From a virus (lineage: Duplodnaviria; Caudoviricetes): a stretch of DNA of 36,919 bases. The DNA is taken from positions 1-36,919 of the IMG/VR virus record IMGVR_UViG_3300025725_000005; one strand, written 5' to 3'. The translations under genes were made by a program, and so were the position numbers. Below the pieces are notes generated by a model. The model made no database searches. It was not told the DNA's origin and worked only from the letters and a program-made list of their open reading frames with translations. Positions 34,706 through 36,919 of this stretch are shown one piece after another; position 1 is the stretch's first letter, and each line of letters opens with the position of its first letter.

Positions 34706-34833
34706 GCTTCGTCCTCCGGCACTTCCGGCGTCGGCTCGACAACCTCGACGTCAGGATCGGGCGCTATGCCGTCGGTGACCTCGGGCTCGGTCGGCTCGAT
34801 CGGCTCGTCGTCTTCGAGCTCGGGTGGTTTCAC
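34702..34833 (-). CDS. Acidic Pro-rich peptide (43 aa)
   Basis: AGGAG RBS, GTGA overlaps at both ends. Confidence 0.6.
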   Translation of the reverse strand: MKPPELEDDEPIEPTEPEVTDGIAPDPDVEVVEPTPEVPEDEA

Positions 34834-35078
34834 GTCAGCGCTCCTATCAATCGCGTATTGGGCAGGAAGCCATCGCGCAGCACCGGCAGGCCGAACGTCA
34901 CGCCATTCGTGCCCCAATCGACCCGGACGCTGGGCGCGTGCCCGGGGAAGTCGCTGAGGATGCCCGACCAGCCGCATTCGCAGTCGATCGGCGACTCTTC
35001 GATCGGCTGCGTGAAGTGGACGTCCGCGCACAGGTGCGGCTTGCGCGGGTTCGGGATGGCCTTGACCCAGTAGCTCAC
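34830..35078 (-). CDS. Hypothetical protein
   Basis: CECGW..H motif; GTGA overlaps. Confidence 0.6.
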   Translation of the reverse strand: MSYWVKAIPNPRKPHLCADVHFTQPIEESPIDCECGWSGILSDFPGHAPSVRVDWGTNGVTFGLPVLRDGFLPNTRLIGALT

Positions 35079-35383
35079 TTCGACGCTCGATACAGGCGCA
35101 GCCAGAGGAGCGCGGGGACGGTGGCCATGACGAACAGCACGCCGCGTGTGAAGAGCTTGGTCGACTCGAAGTCGAGCAGCGGCGGCTTGAGGTCGTTGTT
35201 CAGGAAGATCAGCCCGAACACGGTCACGATGACCGACAAGGCCAGGGCGACGCCCGCCCGTTCGCGCAGTACCTGGACATCCGGCGCGGCATGAGACACG
35301 CGCCAGAGCAGGATCGTCACGATCCAGTTCAACGGCAGCGCGATCACGATGGTCAGCACGGTCAGGATCTCTGGCGCGCTCAC
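35075..35383 (-). CDS. Membrane protein (3 TM)
   Basis: Three hydrophobic segments. Confidence 0.72.
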   Translation of the reverse strand: MSAPEILTVLTIVIALPLNWIVTILLWRVSHAAPDVQVLRERAGVALALSVIVTVFGLIFLNNDLKPPLLDFESTKLFTRGVLFVMATVPALLWLRLYRASK

Positions 35384-35601
35384 ATCCCCATCACCTCGTC
35401 CGCTACGCGATAGGCGTCGACGACCAGCCGATCGACTCGGCCTTCGACGATCGTCAGGCGATCTTCGACGTCTTCCATACGCGCCTCGTAACCCAGGTCA
35501 GGCGGCTCTTCCTGGCCCTTGACCCTGCGCTCGACGCGCACGAGCCGGCGCAGGGCAGAGAGACGCCCGCGCCGGTCTTCACGACTGACCACGGGAGTCA
35601 C
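35380..35601 (-). CDS. Small coiled-coil protein
   Basis: RMEDVEDRLTIVEGRVDRL; GTGA overlaps. Confidence 0.62.
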   Translation of the reverse strand: MTPVVSREDRRGRLSALRRLVRVERRVKGQEEPPDLGYEARMEDVEDRLTIVEGRVDRLVVDAYRVADEVMGM

Positions 35602-35819
35602 TTGCCGTTCGTCGCGACTAGCGTTTCAGCCACGGAGGCACCCTTCTCGGCGACGCGGAGACCGCGCAAGGCGATGTCGCGCCAGCGGTCACGGTCAGCA
35701 ATCATGTCGGTGTAGAAGCTGCCGAACACCCACAATCGGCGGTGACCCAGCACGAGCGCCAACAGCATCAGCCCGCCTAGCCCGACCTGGAGCCATCCCT
35801 GGAGATCGAGGGGCGTCAA
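35598..35819 (-). CDS. Small membrane protein
   Basis: GWLQVGLGGLMLLALV..WVFG..DRDRWR. Confidence 0.7.
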   Translation of the reverse strand: MTPLDLQGWLQVGLGGLMLLALVLGHRRLWVFGSFYTDMIADRDRWRDIALRGLRVAEKGASVAETLVATNGK

Positions 35820-35924
35820 GGGTCAAGCGCCGAGAGCGCAGCGGGCTCGACGGTCATCGTGTCGCCGAGCCCGCGCCGCGCGCTGACCGGACCGCAAAGG
35901 GGGTTCGCGCCGCCGGTCGGAGGG

Positions 35925-35945
35925 GAGGAGGAGGAGGAGGAGGAG
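35925..35945 (+). repeat. (GAG)7 trinucleotide tract
   Basis: Seven perfect GAG units in the intergenic region ahead of the late operon. Confidence 0.9.
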
Positions 35946-35952
35946 CATGCCG

Positions 35953-35985
35953 CTCAGTTATGCACCAGCTGGGACGGTTTATGCA
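35953..35985 (-). promoter_or_regulatory. Candidate late promoter / activator sites
   Basis: Two TGCATAA units 21 bp apart; motif shared with the region upstream of the scaffold gene. Confidence 0.5.
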
Positions 35986-36039
35986 TGACGCTTTTGGGCA
36001 CTCGTAGTACCCGCACTCAGGGAATAGGGGTCAAAAGAC

Positions 36040-36282
36040 CTACGCGGTTGTCACCTTGGCGACGGCGGCCGCGGCGTGCGCGACGTCGAGCTTCAGGTAG
36101 ACCCGCGACATGAGGTTCTTGGCCGTGTGCTCGCTGATGCGCAGCTTCTGGGCAACGATGGCCATCTTGTCCGACTCGACGTAGACAGCGAGCACCTCGG
36201 CCTCACGCGTCGTCAGGCCGGCGCGCCTGGCACCGTCGAAGACGGCCATGTTCATGTCCGTGGGTATTACGGTGGGTGTCAC
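36040..36282 (-). CDS. LuxR/GerE-type HTH regulator, putative late activator
   Basis: GLTTREAEVL...IVAQKLRISEHTAKNLMSRVYLKLDV. Confidence 0.88.
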   Translation of the reverse strand: MTPTVIPTDMNMAVFDGARRAGLTTREAEVLAVYVESDKMAIVAQKLRISEHTAKNLMSRVYLKLDVAHAAAAVAKVTTA

Positions 36283-36767
36283 GCGGCCATCTCGGAGAGC
36301 AGCTTGCGGCCCTTGTGCGAGTTGCAGCCGCGGTGAACCGGCCGCACGTTCTCCAGGCTGTCGGTCCCACCGCGGGAGATCGGGATGACGTGGTCAAGCT
36401 CAGGCCGCCACCGCGAGCGGTCGTCGATCGACAGATCGATGGGCAGCCGGCAGATGTAGCAGACGAGGCCATATCGATCGAAGACGTCGCGCTCGGTGTA
36501 GGTGCCGATCGGCTGCCCACGGAGCGCCAGGCGACGCTTGCGCCACCAGCGTCGCTTGAGTTCGAGATGCGCCGAGCGGTTGTCGCGCTTCCAGTCCTCG
36601 ACGCGGGTCAGGACGCTGGCACGGTTGCGCTCATACCAGGCGCGGAAGTAGCACTTGGGGCAGACCCCGTTCTTCTGGCGCGGCGTTCCGTGGACGTCGC
36701 ACAGTCCAGCCATTGTCCAGCCATCGCTATGGTCCGGGGTGACTGGTGGCCGCCTGCTACGACCCAC
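36279..36767 (-). CDS. HNH endonuclease
   Basis: CYIC..ELDHVIPISRGGTDSLENVRPVHRGCN; AGGAG 8 nt before GTG 36767. Confidence 0.9.
   Translation of the reverse strand: MGRSRRPPVTPDHSDGWTMAGLCDVHGTPRQKNGVCPKCYFRAWYERNRASVLTRVEDWKRDNRSAHLELKRRWWRKRRLALRGQPIGTYTERDVFDRYGLVCYICRLPIDLSIDDRSRWRPELDHVIPISRGGTDSLENVRPVHRGCNSHKGRKLLSEMAA
36704..36723 (+). repeat. Putative integrase arm-type sites, right arm
   Basis: Identical to 160-179. Confidence 0.75.
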
Positions 36768-36785
36768 TGCGCACGCTCCTGACCG

Positions 36786-36801
36786 GTGCCCGAAAGGGCA
36801 C
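36786..36801. other. Hairpin next to attR
   Basis: GTGCCC-GAAA-GGGCAC; no adjacent U-tract. Confidence 0.55.
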
Positions 36802-36820
36802 TGACCGTGGGCGCTCTTTT

Positions 36821-36865
36821 ATGGGGTTCAAGAGGTCCCGCGTTCGAATCGCGGCGCCCCGACCA
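36821..36865 (+). repeat. attR core (duplicated 3' half of tRNA-Pro)
   Basis: Identical to 55-99. Confidence 0.96.
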
Positions 36866-36919
36866 TCTTTCCTTCAAGGTCCGGCACGGCCGTTAGCGAC
36901 GCCGCTGCGCATATGACGC

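Noticed and set aside
36786-36820. Intrinsic terminator at attR
   Set aside because: The hairpin has no adjacent U-tract on either strand; kept only as a hairpin
36821-36865. Second tRNA gene
   Set aside because: Only the 3' half is present; it is attR

Overview
The window is essentially one complete temperate siphovirus-type prophage (about 36.8 kb, high GC) integrated into the 3' half of a host tRNA-Pro(GGG) gene. A perfect 45-bp direct repeat marks attL (55-99) and attR (36821-36865). Almost all phage genes are on the minus strand. The early operon runs cro -> YqaJ exonuclease/annealase -> replication initiator -> RuvC -> xis -> int and ends at attL. The late block runs HNH -> LuxR-type regulator -> lysis -> terminase -> head -> tail and starts at attR. 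Only cI and a six-gene lysogeny cargo operon (lipoproteins, a PH-like protein, a membrane protein) are on the plus strand. The most unusual points are: (1) attP lies between the early operon and the late regulator, so excision itself would join them; (2) the large terminase has an intact ATPase but its nuclease domain seems to lack the usual catalytic aspartates; (3) xis and int overlap out of frame, one base away from a fusion; (4) a candidate +1 frameshift (GCC_TTT_CGT) in the tail chaperone; (5) a lysis cassette built on a cysteine peptidase plus a very acidic peptide. Product calls come from motif recognition and gene order only; no database search was run, and host taxonomy cannot be fixed from this window.
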